Positions 24,736 to 42,405 of a stretch of DNA of 64,000 bases are shown here, piece after piece. Below the pieces are notes generated by a model that was not told the origin of the DNA, ran no database searches, and was given only the letters and a program-made list of their open reading frames with translations. The translations under genes and the position numbers were made by a program. This DNA is from the human T2T-CHM13v2.0 reference genome, Homo sapiens, in assembly GCF_009914755.1 (NCBI RefSeq), contig NC_060943.1, one strand, 5' to 3'. Every line of letters begins with the position of its first letter. The stretch's first letter is position 1.

Positions 24736-25686
24736 ATGCCTAGTCAGAACTATAGCATCATATCTGAATTTAACCTCTTTGGCTTCTCAGCCTTCCCCCA
24801 GCACCTCCTGCCCATCTTGTTCCTGCTGTACCTCCTGATGTTCCTGTTCACATTGCTGGGCAACCTTCTCATCATGGCCACAATCTGGATTGAACACAGA
24901 CTCCACACACCCATGTACCTCTTCTTGTGCACCCTCTCTGTCTCTGAGATTCTGTTCACTGTTGCCATCACCCCTCGCATGCTGGCTGATCTGCTTTCCA
25001 CCCATCATTCCATCACCTTTGTGGCTTGTGCCAAACAGATGTTCTTCTCCTTCATGTTTGGCTTCACTCACTCCTTCCTTCTCCTGGTCATGGGCTATGA
25101 TCGCTATGTGGCCATCTGCCACCCACTGCGTTACAATGTGCTCATGAGCCCCCGTGACTGTGCCCGTCTTGTGGCCTGTACCTGGGCTGGTGGCTCAGTC
25201 ATGGGGATGATGGTGACAACGATAGTTTTCCACCTCACTTTCTGTGGGTCTAATGTGATCCACCATTTTTTCTGTCATGTGCTTTCCCTCTTGAAGTTGG
25301 CCTGTGAAAACAAGACATCATCTGTCATCATGGGTGTGATGCTGGTGTGTGTCACAGCCCTGATAGGCTGTTTATTCCTCATCATCCTCTCCTATGTCTT
25401 CATTGTGGCTGCCATCTTGAGGATTCCCTCTGCCGAAGGCCGGCACAAGACATTTTCTACGTGTGTATCCCACCTCACTGTGGTGGTCACGCACTATAGT
25501 TTTGCCTCCTTTATCTACCTCAAGCCCAAGGGCCTCCATTCTATGTACAGTGACGCCTTGATGGCCACCACCTATGCTGTCTTCACCCCCTTCCTTAGCC
25601 CAATCATTTTCAGCCTAAGGAACAAGGAGCTGAAGAATGCCATAAATAAAAACTTTTACAGAAAATTCTGTCCTCCAAGTTCCTGA
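24736..25686 (+). CDS. OR10H4: Olfactory receptor 10H4, intact 316-aa single-exon CDS
   Basis: MPSQNYSIISEF start. OR motifs GNLLI, LHTPMYLFL, MGYDRYVAICHPLRY, KTFSTCVSHL, PFLSPIIFSLRNKE. Acceptor ctcaccag at 24724 just upstream of the ATG. Confidence 0.95.
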   Translation: MPSQNYSIISEFNLFGFSAFPQHLLPILFLLYLLMFLFTLLGNLLIMATIWIEHRLHTPMYLFLCTLSVSEILFTVAITPRMLADLLSTHHSITFVACAKQMFFSFMFGFTHSFLLLVMGYDRYVAICHPLRYNVLMSPRDCARLVACTWAGGSVMGMMVTTIVFHLTFCGSNVIHHFFCHVLSLLKLACENKTSSVIMGVMLVCVTALIGCLFLIILSYVFIVAAILRIPSAEGRHKTFSTCVSHLTVVVTHYSFASFIYLKPKGLHSMYSDALMATTYAVFTPFLSPIIFSLRNKELKNAINKNFYRKFCPPSS

Positions 25687-26274
25687 GCGCCAGTTTGGTG
25701 GTGATGAAATATAATAATGTGTATCTCCATAGGGCTGTTGTAAGGGTTCAGGTATGTGAAAATATGTGTTTGATACATACTAGCTATTGTTTTCCCTTCC
25801 CTTTTTGCTTAAGCTCAAGTGATCATAATCTTTTCTTTATGAGCCATTATGATGACCTTTATCCCATTATCTGTGCCTAGAAATGTGTTTTCTGTCCACG
25901 GACAGGTGGGGATCATCACGTGGATGTGTCTGGGCACTTATGAACACAGTTCTTCTTGAATGGACAGGCAAAAAAGATTTTATTTTCCCCTAGTGTAAGA
26001 AAAAGCAAGAATAACATGATAGTCATAAATGCCACCCAGCACTGAGCTTTTTCTATGTATTGGCACTGTGTCCAGTGTTTTATAAATATTATCCTTTTAA
26101 TTAGAAGAAATGTACAAAGGAAAATAAACTATTTGCCTCAGATAAACTGGTTTCTTATTTAAAGTTCCTCACTGTCTTTGGGAGAGATATACCCTAAGTT
26201 TGTGTGTGGATATTAATATGTTGAGTTGAATGAAAGATGTTAGAATGCAAACGTTGAGAGAGGGCAAGAAGGAG

Positions 26275-26432
26275 ATATATATATATATATATACATACAT
26301 ATATACACACACACATATATATATACATATATATGTATACATATATACAGAGACAGAGACAGAAGAAAGAGAGAGAGATACAGAGACAGAAGAAAGAGCA
26401 AAAGACAGAGAGAGAGAGAGGGAGAGAGAGAA
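26275..26432. repeat. (TA)n/(CA)n and (GA)n microsatellite
   Basis: Direct reading. Confidence 0.9.
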
Positions 26433-27379
26433 AGCAGATGTCAAGTAAAAAGAGAGTTCTTTAAATTTTTTATCTGTACAGGAAATGTAATAACTAAGAA
26501 TTTGGGGCAAAATAGAAAAAAGGAGGTTGGTAATAGGGCTTTAATATGTCCTAATAATAGGGCTGTAATATGTCCTAATAAGATAGCCACGTGTCTCATC
26601 CCAGCGTTTTTGACACAGTTGCTCTGCAGTCTCAATGTGTCATTCTAAGATATGTACTTCCTTGCCTCCAATGGATGTATCAATTTTCTGGTTTTCTGTT
26701 TCTGGCCATTGGTTCCACCAGCTGAGGAATGAATATTATTTTTACAGTGTGACTGCTCTTCTAATGCTACTCATAGTGCCATTCACCTGTGCTTCCTGCT
26801 GGTGCTGGAATGTGAAGGTCAACATGGAAAGAGATTTCATTCTAGGAAAGCAGAGATCATGGCCTTAAAAAGTCAAAAGGTGACATGGTTGGAAGAAGTT
26901 TTATTCTTTGTTTATGTTATAAAACTCCAAACAAAAACAAACTATCCTTTCCCTTATCCTGCATACTCTGGGCAAGACTCGCATGTGTGCTTCTCATCGT
27001 TGCATGTCTGCTATGGTTGCACCATAGCAACCAGTGAGAGACCCTCTGGGCATATGGTCACAGATGATGAAGTGACATAGTTAATGATGGAAATGGCATT
27101 AAATGTGTCCTATGAAAGTGCTACAGAAGCAGAACTTTCTATACAAATAAATCAAAAATTTTTCCAAGAGCCAAGCTGTTGTGAGTGTTAACCACTTTGT
27201 TACCTTTTTCTTCCACTTTCTTTTGACTCATGTTGCTATGGTATATCTTTCTCCATCTGTTTACTTTTCACTTATATATGCCTTTATATTTACAGGGTTT
27301 TCTTGTTAAAAAAAACTTATATCTGAGTCTTATTTTTTTGACCCCCTGTGACAATCTCTGTATTTTAATTGATGCGTTT

Positions 27380-30300
27380 TAATTAATAATTAACTAAATC
27401 ATTTCTTACTATAGTCATTCTGTTATGCTAGCAATTACTAGGTCTTAATCTTCATTCCTACTATTTTTTAGTACCCAATAACCATTCCCACTTCCCCCGG
27501 AAGCCCCAACTACCCTTAACAGCCTCTGTTACCCATTCTACTTTCTATCTTCATAAGTTCAATTGTTTTAATTCTTAGCTTCCACAAATAAGTGATACCA
27601 TGCAAAGTTTGTCTTTCTGTGTCTGGCGTATTTTACTGAATATATTGTCCTCAAGTTCCATCCATGTGGTTACAAATGACAGAATCTCATTCTGAATAGT
27701 ACTCCATCATGTATATGTACCACATTTTCTTTATCTATTCAACTGTTGATGGACACTTTGATTGCTTCCAAATCTTGGCTATTGTGAATAGTGCTGGAAT
27801 AAATATAGGACAGCAGGTATCTCTTTGATACACTGATTTCTTTTCTTTGGGGAATATACCCAGCAGTGGGATTACTGGATGTTATGGTAGCTGTTTTTTT
27901 CATTTCTTGAGGGACTTCCAAACTGTTCTCCATAGTGGTGGTACTAACTTACATCCCCAACAACAGTGTACAAGGGTTCCCTTTTCTCCTCATCCTCACC
28001 AGCATTTGTTATTTCCTATCTTTTGGATAGAAGCCATTTTTACTGGGATAAGATGATTTCTTATTGTAGTTTTGATTTCCATTTCTCTGCTAAATCAATG
28101 ATGTTCAGGATCTTTTAATATGCCTGTTTGCTTTTTCTATGTCTTCTTCTGAGTAATGTCTGTTCATATCTTTTGCCACTTTAAAAAACATATTTTGTGT
28201 CTGTGTGTATATAGTAGGTGTATATATTTATGGGTCACTTGAGATGTTTTCATACAGGAATGCAATAAATAATAATCATACCATGCAAATGGGGTATCCA
28301 CCCCCTCAAGCATGTATCTTTTGTGTTAAAAACAATCCTGCTATACTTTTAGTTATTTTAAAATGTACAATTACATTATTATTGAATATAGTCACCCTGT
28401 TGTGCTATCAAATATCAAATGTTATTCATTCTAACTACTTTTTGTACTCATTAACCATCCGCCCCTGCTCCCCCAATCACCCATCTCTACCCTTCCCAGC
28501 CTCTGGCAACTTCATGAGTTCAACTGTTTTGATTTTTAGATCCCACAAATATTTGAGAACATGTGATGTTTGTATTTCTGTGCCTGGCTTACCAAAACCT
28601 ATGGAATACAGTGAGAGCAGCAATAAGAGGAACATTTATAGCTCTCACTGTATCCCATAGGTTTTGATATATTTGGGTTCCATTATCATTTGCTTAATAA
28701 AATTTTTCAATTTCCTTCTCAATTTCTTTGTGGACCAACTGGTCATTCTGGAGCATTTTGTTTAATTCCCATGTGTTTGTATAGTTTCCAAATTTTCTTG
28801 TATTATTTCTTTCCATTTTAGGCCACTGTGATCAGAGAAGATGCTTGATATTATTTCAGTTTTTTGAATGTTTTCAGACGTGTTTTGTAATCAAACATCT
28901 GGTGTTTCCTTGAGAATGATCTATGTGCTGAGGAAAAGAATGTATATTCTGCAGCCATTGGAGGAAATGTCCTGTAAATATCAATTAGGTCCAAGAGACA
29001 ACAACCTTCTTGTCTCTTTTTATAGTTTTTGTCTTGACATCTATATTGTATGATATAAATATAGGTACTCCCATGCTTTTTAAACTTCCATTGACATGAT
29101 GTGTCTTTTTCTATCCCATCATTCTTGGACTAAGTATGTTTTTACAAGTGAAATGTGCTTCTTGAAGGCAACAAATCATTGGGTCTTTTTTATTTTTTAA
29201 TCCACGGAGCCACTCTATGTCTTTTGATTGAAGAGTTTAGTTTATTTACATTCCATGTTATGATTGATAAGTGAGGACTGTCTTGGAAAGGCTTTATTTC
29301 TCTTTCATCTTTGAAGAACATTTTCACTGAATTTACTATTCTAGGGTAAAAGATTTTTCCTTCAGCACTTTAAATATGTCCTGTCACTCTCTCCTGGCCT
29401 GCAAGGTTTCTACTGAAAAGTCCACTGCCAGATGTGTTGGAGCTCTATTTTATGTTGTTTCTTTTCTCTTGCTGCTTTTAGGATCCTTTCTTTAACCTTA
29501 ACCTTTTAGAGTTTGATTATTAAATGCCTTGTGGTAGTCTACTTTGGGTTAAATGTGCTGGGTGTTCTGTAACCTTCTTTTACTTGAATATTGATATCTT
29601 TCTTTAGGTCTGAGAAGTTCTTTGTTATTATCCCTTTGAATAAACACTCTACCCCAATCTCTCTCTCTACCTTCTCTTTAAGACCAATAACTCTTAGATT
29701 TGCCCTTTTGAGGCTATTTTCTATATTCTGTAGGCATGCTTCATTTAAAATTTTTTTTTCTTTTGTCTCCTCTGACTGTGCATTTTCAAATAGCCTTTCT
29801 TCTAGCTCACTAATTCTTTCTTGTCCTTGATCAATTCTTCTATTAAAAGACTCGTGTATTCTTCAGTGCGTCAATTTCATTTTTTCAATGCCAGAATTTC
29901 TGTTTGATTCTTTTAAATTATTTCAGTCTCTTTGTTAAATTTATCTAATAGAAATCTGAATTTTTTTCTATGTTATCTTGAATTTCTTTGAGTTTTCTGA
30001 AAACGGCTATTTAGAATTCTCTGCTGAAAGGTCACGTCTCTGTATCTCCTGGATCGGTCTCTGGTGACTTATTTAGTTCCTTTGGTGAGGTCATGTTTTC
30101 CTGGATGGTCTTGATGCTTCTAGATATTCATCTGTGTCCGGTCATTGAAGAATTAGGTGTTTATTGTAATCTTCTCAGTCTGGGTTTGTTTGTACCCATC
30201 TTTCTTAGGAAGGCTTCCAGGTATTCAGACTTAGGTGGTGTAAAATACGCTGTATCTGCATTAGGGGGCACCCCAAGCCCAATAACACTGTGGTTCTTGC

Positions 30301-30810
30301 AGACTCATAAAGGTACCACCTTGATGGTCTTGGATGACATTTAAGAGAATTCTCTGGATTACCAGGCAGAGACACTTATTTTTTCCCCCTTACTTTCTCA
30401 GAAACAAACATAGTTGCTCTCACTCTGTTCTAAGCCTCCAGGAGTTGGGGAAGCACTGACACAAGCACCTCTGTGGCCATCAGCACTGGAACTGTGCTGG
30501 GTTAGACCTAAAACCAGCAGAGCACTGGATCCCACACAAAACCTCCTATGACCACTACCTGGCTACTGCCTAAGTTCACTCAAGGCCCTGGGACTCCGCA
30601 GTCAGCAGGTGGTGAAGCCAGCTGGACTTGTGTCCTTCCCTTCAGGGCAGCGAGTTGCCCCATGCCCTGCGTGGGTCCAGAGTTGCTAGCGACTGGTATT
30701 ATTAGTACTGTGTGCCAGGGACTGGCATCAAAAACTTTAGAAATCTACCTGGTATTGTATTTATTGTGGCTGAGCTGGCACTCAACCCACGAGATGCAGT
30801 CCTTCCTACT
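27380..30810 (-). mobile_element. Fragmented old L1 (L1MA/L1PB-type 3' ends and upstream fragments); boundaries approximate
   Basis: L1 3'/ORF2 antisense motifs, e.g. gtatatgtaccacattttctttatc and ccaacaacagtgtacaagggttccc. Confidence 0.75.
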
Positions 30811-32721
30811 AGGGCCATTGACATTTGCCAACATGAGTCACGGAACCTGTTTTAAGTCTTTTAAGTATATTAACCACCTTGTTTTGCATTTTACAAATGA
30901 GAAATTAAGTCCGGGAGATATTTAAGTGACCACCCACAGTCACACAGCTGGTGGAGCCAGGCTGTACACCCCCAGACTACCCACCCAGTCTCACATTGTG
31001 CCACCCTCACCACCGGGCTGTGCTCCTTCACGTCTATAAATGGGCATTTCAGCAGCACCCGCCTCACAAGGTCATGGTAATAACTAAAACAGACAATGCA
31101 TGCAAAATACACAAGGCAGACTAAGGGCTCAGCAAGTGCAACTCACTGTTCCTGCTGTTACTGCGGTTGCTGTGTAAGCTGGATATGGGGTCTGATCTGG
31201 ATCCCACAGGGGGCAGAAACATGGCCTTGCGCTGTCTGAGAGAAGGGCCCTAAAGGTCCAGCCTGTCCTCACCACCTGCTCTCTTTGGCTGTGGGTAATG
31301 GCTAGGAGAGCAACCTCCTGGACACAGGGAGCCTTGGCCTGAATCTAGAAGAGTTTTCCATGGAGAACAACAGGAAACCTTGAACTCCTGCCAGATGTTA
31401 AGGCAGACTCATAGGTGGATTTTGGGGAAGGACATCAGCTATTCTGGGGCTGGGAACTGGACAACCCATGGAGCCCAGCCTCCCATCCAATGAAGACGTA
31501 AGCTCTGCACAGCCCAGCTACGGCATCCCTGACAGTCTCTACTTAGATGCCTCCCAGCATGGAGAGCTCAGCACACACACACGCACAGACACCCTATTCC
31601 TTTACAGAATATTAGAAGGTAGATACTGTATGGCAATGGGCCTTATGTAACCAGTCATAAAATTGATGAGGAGGGGGGTTGTTTAAAATGTGTCTTCCTT
31701 TACGTGCACACATATCAAGGGAGGCAAATATGATGCTAAGAGAGTGAGGTACAGAACACCAGGTATGTCTGCAACATTTTCACAGAAATGAGGTGGAGAG
31801 TGCATAAATGCATATGCCTCTATTTGTCATATTTGCATAAATAAACTCTAGCATGAATAACTTTTCAGCTTAACATGTACTTGTTTATGTATGTATAACT
31901 ATTTATATGTTTACATATTTCACTTGCAACATTTATTCCATCTGTGTGTATAACCAGTAATCCTCCCCGGTCTCCACTCTGTAGGACCCTGCAAGGTGCC
32001 TGGTCATTGGACTTTCTACTGCAGGAGTGTACGGGATGCACCTGAGCCAGAGTTCCCTGCAGCCTAGGAGGCCAAGGAATCCCAGGGCAGTCAATGTCCC
32101 TGGTGCTGAAGGAGATGGATCCCCTTCCTTCCCCTGCACCCTCCTCTCACCCTCGCAGCATCCTCCAGACACCTGGACCTGCTGTCAGGATCCAAAAGCA
32201 GTGCTTTGGAAGCCTTAGGGAGGTAACCACTGATTCCCATGCTTCTACTCACATTGGCTGCTCAGCAAAAGTAGGAAAGTCCCTACTGCAAAAATGTCAA
32301 TGTCCCCTCTGGTGCCTGGCAACTGCCAGGGCCAGCCCTACTTCTTGTATCTTCCATGTTTGAAATTTTGACATTTGAATTCACACCCGAGGTTGACCAG
32401 AAGACCCAGATAGCTCTGAGCTTTGCACCTGTGACCCACTGGTATGGCATTGCTTTCATGGGAGTAACTGGGATTTGGCAGCCTGATGGGGCTGATGCAC
32501 TGATTTGGGGGTCACTCCACATGAACCCACACTGAATTCAGGGCTGTGGCATACAGACAGATCAACAGCAACCTTGGGTGTGGGTTTCTATGAACCTGTG
32601 TGTCTGACTTTGTATATTCATTTTCTGGTGTCATCTGTAGTCTGCAGTAACTAATAAGGGCAAGGATGGTTTTTATTGAAGAAGACACAACCTTTCTATA
32701 ATAGAAAATGTCCACCCCCTG

Positions 32722-33871
<1,150 letters not shown>

Positions 33872-34293
33872 TCTGGTGCATTTTCCCTTCCAGGTTTCTT
33901 GTTACATGAATTTGTAAAGATATTTGTCAGAGATAAAGGTGTGGTTATGACAACGTAGGAGTTGTTCTTACAACTCCTTTCTCAGAGAATGCAGTCAAAG
34001 TTGTTCATGTATAACTCATGTATAACTTCAAAATTTAAAGACAGAATATGATGCAGCAAGGAAAAGTGAGCTAATATTTGCAGAGAACCTTTCAGTGATC
34101 AAACGCATTGCTGGGAAAATTTCATAGATTGTATCATTTTTGTGTCTTTTAGCCTAGCTACAATCATAACTTTTCTTTTTTCTTTGGTTTTCAGCAGTTT
34201 TGACTACTGTGTGTCTAGGGCTTTGTGTGTGTGTATGTATATATTTGTGTTCATGTTTGTCTATATGCACTTTTTAGAAGTTATCCCTTTGGA

Positions 34294-34612
<319 letters not shown>

Positions 34613-35137
34613 TTATCCTTTTGGAATTCTCTGAGCTTCTTGAATCTGTGGTTGATTATCTCTCATACTTCCTAGAGAATTCTCAGAATGTCTGAGTCCC
34701 ATACCCACTCCTCATGTGATGTGTCCTCAGATAAGTGAACTAACCTCTGAAACTCAGTTTCCTCATCTGTAAAGTGAAAATAATAATATTAATGAGGACA
34801 TGATGATTGGCAGTTCATAAGCACTGGATAATGTCAGCTATAGATATTGTTAAAGGGTGTGGTCCTTCCTTAGACCGAGCAAAATTGGCACTTAACTGGG
34901 CTCTGCACCTCTGGGACCCACACTCTTCAGTGTCTTCTTTGAAGGAGGTTCTCTGGGACCTGAAATCAGCCAGGATGTTCATTGACTCCAGGTGGGGCAG
35001 TCCAGGCCAACACTGATTCTCAGTCAGTCCAACCACAGGAAAATAGCTGCCCCCAAAAAAATGTCCAAAGTCCCCTTTGGTGCCTGGAACCTGGCAGAGC
35101 AAGTCCTGATCCCCAGTTCTTCCCTTTCAGGCAATCA

Positions 35138-35456
<319 letters not shown>

Positions 35457-36003
35457 TGATCATTAACCCCAAATGTGGGGTTGACCATATGTCTTAAGTT
35501 GTTCTGGACTTCTACTTATGCTTCTTTGTCATGGCATTTTTTTTTTTTATGAATTCACCTGGGATTTTGTTAATAGTGCAAAAGAATTTATTTTGGGGTC
35601 CATTCATCTTGGACCCAGGAGGAGTTACAGGCTCTGGGTTTCAAATGGTTCAAGATCCACCACCTGAGGGCCTGAGGTATGTGGGGACCTGTGTTTCCAA
35701 TCCTGTGTGTTTATTATCAGGCGCTGTCTCTGGTCCACAGCATCCAAAGAGGGCAGGTATGGTAGCAGGAGTCATTTCCCCTGTGCACCCTCAGCTGCTG
35801 ACCCCTGATATAACCACCAGATTATTGTCAGACTCTGAGCCACATGCTCAGCCATGTCTCAAAGATGGCCTCTCCTCCAAAGGTTTTGACATCATTGCTC
35901 TGTAACACCAATGAGACCTTCCAGCCGATGTTTTCTTTAGAGCCCTTGGTTTGCTGTCTAGCCTTATCACCAACATGCCATTGACCTCAGGGAGCTATGA
36001 GTC

Positions 36004-36369
36004 TGTCTTGGTCTGTTTGAACAACTATCACAAAATACTGTAGACTGGGTGATTTGTAAACAACTGAATTTATTTCCCATAGTTCTGCAGGCTGAGAAGT
36101 CCAAGATCAGGACTCTGGCTGATCTGGTGCCTGGTGACAGCCCACTTCCTGGTTCCAGATGGCTGTTTCATGCCTGTGTCCTCACATGGTGGAAGTGGGG
36201 AATCAGCTCTCTGGGCCTCCTTTATAAGTACACCAGTCCCATTCATGAGAACTCTGCCCTCATAACCTTATCACCACTCTATGCCCCCCTCCTTCTAAAA
36301 CCATCACATGGAATGTAAGGATTTCAACATATGGATTTTGGAGGTACAAAAATCTTCAGTTTATAGCAG
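36004..36369. mobile_element. MLT1A-like MaLR LTR
   Basis: caaaatactgtagactgggtgatttgtaaacaac...gaagtccaagatc motifs. Confidence 0.7.
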
Positions 36370-37017
36370 ACCCAAACCTCTGAATCTAGGTTTCCTCATT
36401 GACAAACTAGGGATAATAATGGCACTTTCCCTACTAGGGAGAGTTGGTTGTGTTCATATCAATACTGTATGTGCCACCTGCTATGTGCTTAAAACATCTG
36501 CACGGAGGAATGTTATTACAGGACGCCGAACACCAGGCTTGAGCATTTGGACTTTGGCAGTAGAAAAGGCTCTGTCATTCAACTCCATGCTGGAGGCATG
36601 TTTTGAGTTGTTACTGTATTCCCATCACTGTCCTAGACCCTAGGAACACCAAGATAGATCATATCCAGTCCCAGATACATGATCCGGCAACCACAGTGCA
36701 ATGTGAAGAGTTGTGATGGAGACATCAGCTGGACATTATGAAAAGATGTGGAGGAAGGAATGTTTCCTCTGGGTTTTAAAGGGTCAATAGGAGTTCTCTT
36801 GGCTGACAAAGAAAATAGCATTCCAGGCACAAGGACTGAACTCACTAAAAGTATGGAGTATGAAAATGCATGATTGGATATATCTATGTGCTAGGGCAGT
36901 GGGGAGGGGGAGATAATCCCTGACTGAAGGCTGCACTATGGAATTTGAACTGGATCCTGCAGGGGCCAGAGACATGACTTTGCACTGTCTTGGAGAAGGG
37001 CCTTAAAAGCTCAGCCT

Positions 37018-37409
<392 letters not shown>

Positions 37410-38768
37410 CTAAATCCAAAAGATATGTGTATGGAGGAGTAGTAACAGGAGCTCTAGAACAACTGCTAAGCATTGAGCAGGACTCACAGGTGAATTCTTG
37501 GGGAAGAGGTCAGCTGCTCTGGGGTGCTGGGCACCACCCAGCTTCAGCATCCCCAAGAGCCAATAATCTCTGCTTGAATGCCCCTCAGCACAGAGAGTTC
37601 AGTGTGTGTGAGCCTGTGCATGCTTGTACACACACACGCTGCCTTAACAAAACACGTAAAGGTAAATACTCTAAAGCAGTAAGCATCAAACATAACCAGT
37701 TGGAAAATCAATAAGGAGGGGGATTGTTTAACATGCATCTTAAAATGCTATGTGCACACATGTCAAGAGAGTTAAGATATGATACCAAGGATAAGAACCA
37801 AATGCACAACACCAGGTATAGTCTGCAATATTTTCTCTAAGACAGGGTGAAGTGTGAGTAAATATATATACACATATTTATCATATTTGCATAGATGAAC
37901 TCTGAAGTGAATAATTTTCAACTTAGGATATATTAAACCTTTATTTAATTTCAAGTGTGGAGGATTTTCTTTCTCTTTTGACAATCAGTGCTTCTCCCAA
38001 GCCCCCACTCTGTGGGACCCTGCAAAGTGCTCAGGCCTTGGACTCTTAACTGCAGGAATCTACAGGATGCACATGAGCAAGCAGGCGCTCCTGCAGCCAC
38101 AGAGGCCAAGGAGTCTCAAGGCGGTCGCTGTCCCTGGTGCTGAAGAGGGAGGAGCCTCTACACCCCCTGCACCCTCCTCTCAATTCCCAGAACACCTGGC
38201 ACAGGATGAAGTCCGGGTTGTGCTTCACATCAGCCTGTTCCTGGGTCACTGGGAGATTCAAAAGAAGAGCTATCAGGGACTGGCAGGGGTGGCCAGGAGT
38301 CCTCGGGAGGTGTCCACTGAGTCCCCAGCTTGTGCTCACTTTCGCCACTCAGCTCTTCCTGCAGCTATATCAGCTTCTTAGAGGATAGTGGGTGGAGGAT
38401 GAGGTCAAATGTGCAATCCCCAGCCCCCAACCCCACTCCAGGGTTCTCAGAACCCAGAAACCCTCCAGGATCTGTGGTTCAACCCAGCTTTTTTCTAGCT
38501 CCTGTTTCAGCCCCCAAGGATCAGAGGATTTGTCCAGCTCCCACTTCACACTGCCCCCAGGACCAGCTCTACTCACCCCTGACAGCAGGCCCACTAGTAT
38601 CCCCCAATTCAGAACTCCAGAAGCTCCCCCGGTGAGCTCAGCTACATGGTGGTGGCTGACTCCGGGGGTCTGGAGGGTGGTCAGGACAATCTCAGAGGGA
38701 GAGAAGGGCCATGCAGCCAGTGTCTGGGATGGGGCTTAGCTCTGTGGGCCTGTGGGCTACTCTTTTAA

Positions 38769-38885
<117 letters not shown>

Positions 38886-40027
38886 TGAGTAGCTGGGACT
38901 ACAGGAGGATGCCATCACTGTGGGCTGCTCTTGAAAAAGAGCTGCTTCCTCTATTTCTGGAAATTCTCCTCCCCTCCCTTTATCCTCTCTCGATACTCTC
39001 TCGACCCCCTCCCCAAGCCCACACTGCATCCTACACACACCTGATGCCCTTTCTCTTAGAAGTTACCATGTGCCACTTCTGCTAAATAACATCCTCTCGC
39101 CATCTCATTAATTGCTTACAGCAGCCTCTGAGGTGGATTCATGGTGAAAATGATGACACTGAGGCTGGATGAGGTTGTGGCTCTCACCCAGGGATGTACA
39201 TCTTGGAAGATGCAGAGCTAGGACTTGAATCAGCTCTGCCTGACCCCAGAGCCTGAGTTCTTACCACAAAGCCACCCTGCCACCAGACCCTGATGTTCTC
39301 GTCATGTTCACCACTGGCTGTTTGTAAGGGGTCACTTGCCATTGAGTCTTGCTCCAAGTTCACCTGATGAAACACATGAGGTGTCTCCAAGGCTGGGGAC
39401 AAAAAAGAGGACACAGCCCCCTCTGCATCCCTTGCCATCCCCACAGCAGTCGAGCTACTCCAAGCCCCTGGCTATCCCTTCTTTTTCATCTCTGCCCTGA
39501 CTCTGTGGGGTCCTTCATTTGCGAGATGGGAACTGGGGATCTTGGGTCACTCCAATCACCCCAGACCACACCAGGCCAGCCCCGGCTCTTTTATCAGAAC
39601 AATGCCAAGAAAAGTGACCACTACAAACAGAGTCAGGGTCACCGTCAGGCGATGAATTCCAGGGATTTAATGTTTGATCCCATCATTCTGGGGAGAAATT
39701 AATTCAAAGGAGGTCTGGTAGCAGAGAAGTACCCACCAACGGACACGCCCTGACCTCGGGGTTTTCTGGTTTACTCTCTGGCCCACTGGGGGTGAACTTT
39801 CTGATGCTGAGTTCTGTCCTGATAAGGGAGAAGATATCTACATGTTGACCTCTCCTCTCCCTGCCTGGACTCTGGATTCTAGGTTGAAGTATTATTTATG
39901 CTGAGGATTTACAATGTCTGATATATCTCGCTGAGCCTTCTGCACAGAGATACACTGGGAGTGGAGGCTAATCATGTCAAAGGAGAAGCACCATAAGCCC
40001 ACGCTCCAGCCTATCAGAGTGGATTAA

Positions 40028-40549
<522 letters not shown>

Positions 40550-41141
40550 TAAAAGAAAACTGCCTCCATCAAATCTCACACATTTCCTTCCTGGCTCAGT
40601 CCAGGGAGAACATTATCTAGATAGCTTGTCATCAAATAAAATGGTGGGGGAGAGAACTCAGGCAGAGGGGCACAAAACGGATTGAGCAGCAAGCTTCCTC
40701 TCCAACCATGATTTTCTGTCCATGGTCATGGATACTCCCTGGACTGCTGCCAGCACATGTGGTTCATGCTAGGTTTCTGGTCAATGTAGCATCCAAAATC
40801 TCACATCTTCTTTCTAGATGGAGCTGTGGCTATTTCAACTTAGGCAAGTTGTGCTTGAGAATCTTCTCCTTTAACACTACAGGGTAAGGTAGTTCCCCAA
40901 TGCTTTTATTTACTTTCATTTACATTTAGAAATTAGGAATTTAATTCAACAAGAAGAGAGGAGAGAATCGCTATTATTGAGTGGTTTCTACTTCCGAATC
41001 CTGTAATCAGAATTTTTTCTGTAATTATTACAGTGCTAGGACCCTCAGAGCTTTAAAGCCCTTTTTCGAGATTCCAAAGCTAGTAAGTGGTTCTGCTGGC
41101 ATTTGAAATATAATGTCACTGGGTTTAAAATTACTTTTCTT

Positions 41142-41760
<619 letters not shown>

Positions 41761-42300
41761 AGTTTTCTTTCCTGTATGCCACTCTGCCTGACTAACCTTA
41801 AAAAAGTAATCTCTTTAAACACCTGTGCAATTTACCTAACTATATTTTTCATAATGTCCTTTGACCTTTATACTTATTACATAAATATTTTACATGCTTA
41901 TCATTTAAATATGTAAACAACTGATATAGACCTTGTGTTTCTCATAATTTTTATCAGCTACATAATGTTGGATCATATTTATACACTATCATTCACCTTT
42001 GATCTATCCAAAATATTTGAGGAAGGAGAAAGAAAAGAATAAAGAAATAAAGTGTGATACACCATCTAAATGGGCCTACAATTGCTGAACATTGATCTGT
42101 TTCCATATCATAAAAATATTCCTAGGTTTGGTGCAGTGGCTCATGCCTGTAATCCCAGCACTTTGGGGGGCCTAGGCAGGTGGATCACATGAGGTCAGGA
42201 GTTATAGACCAGCCTAGCCGACATGATGAAACCCCGTCTCTACTGAAAATACAAAAATTAGCCAGGTATGGTGGTGTGCGCCTTTCATCCCAGGTACTCA

Positions 42301-42405
<105 letters not shown>

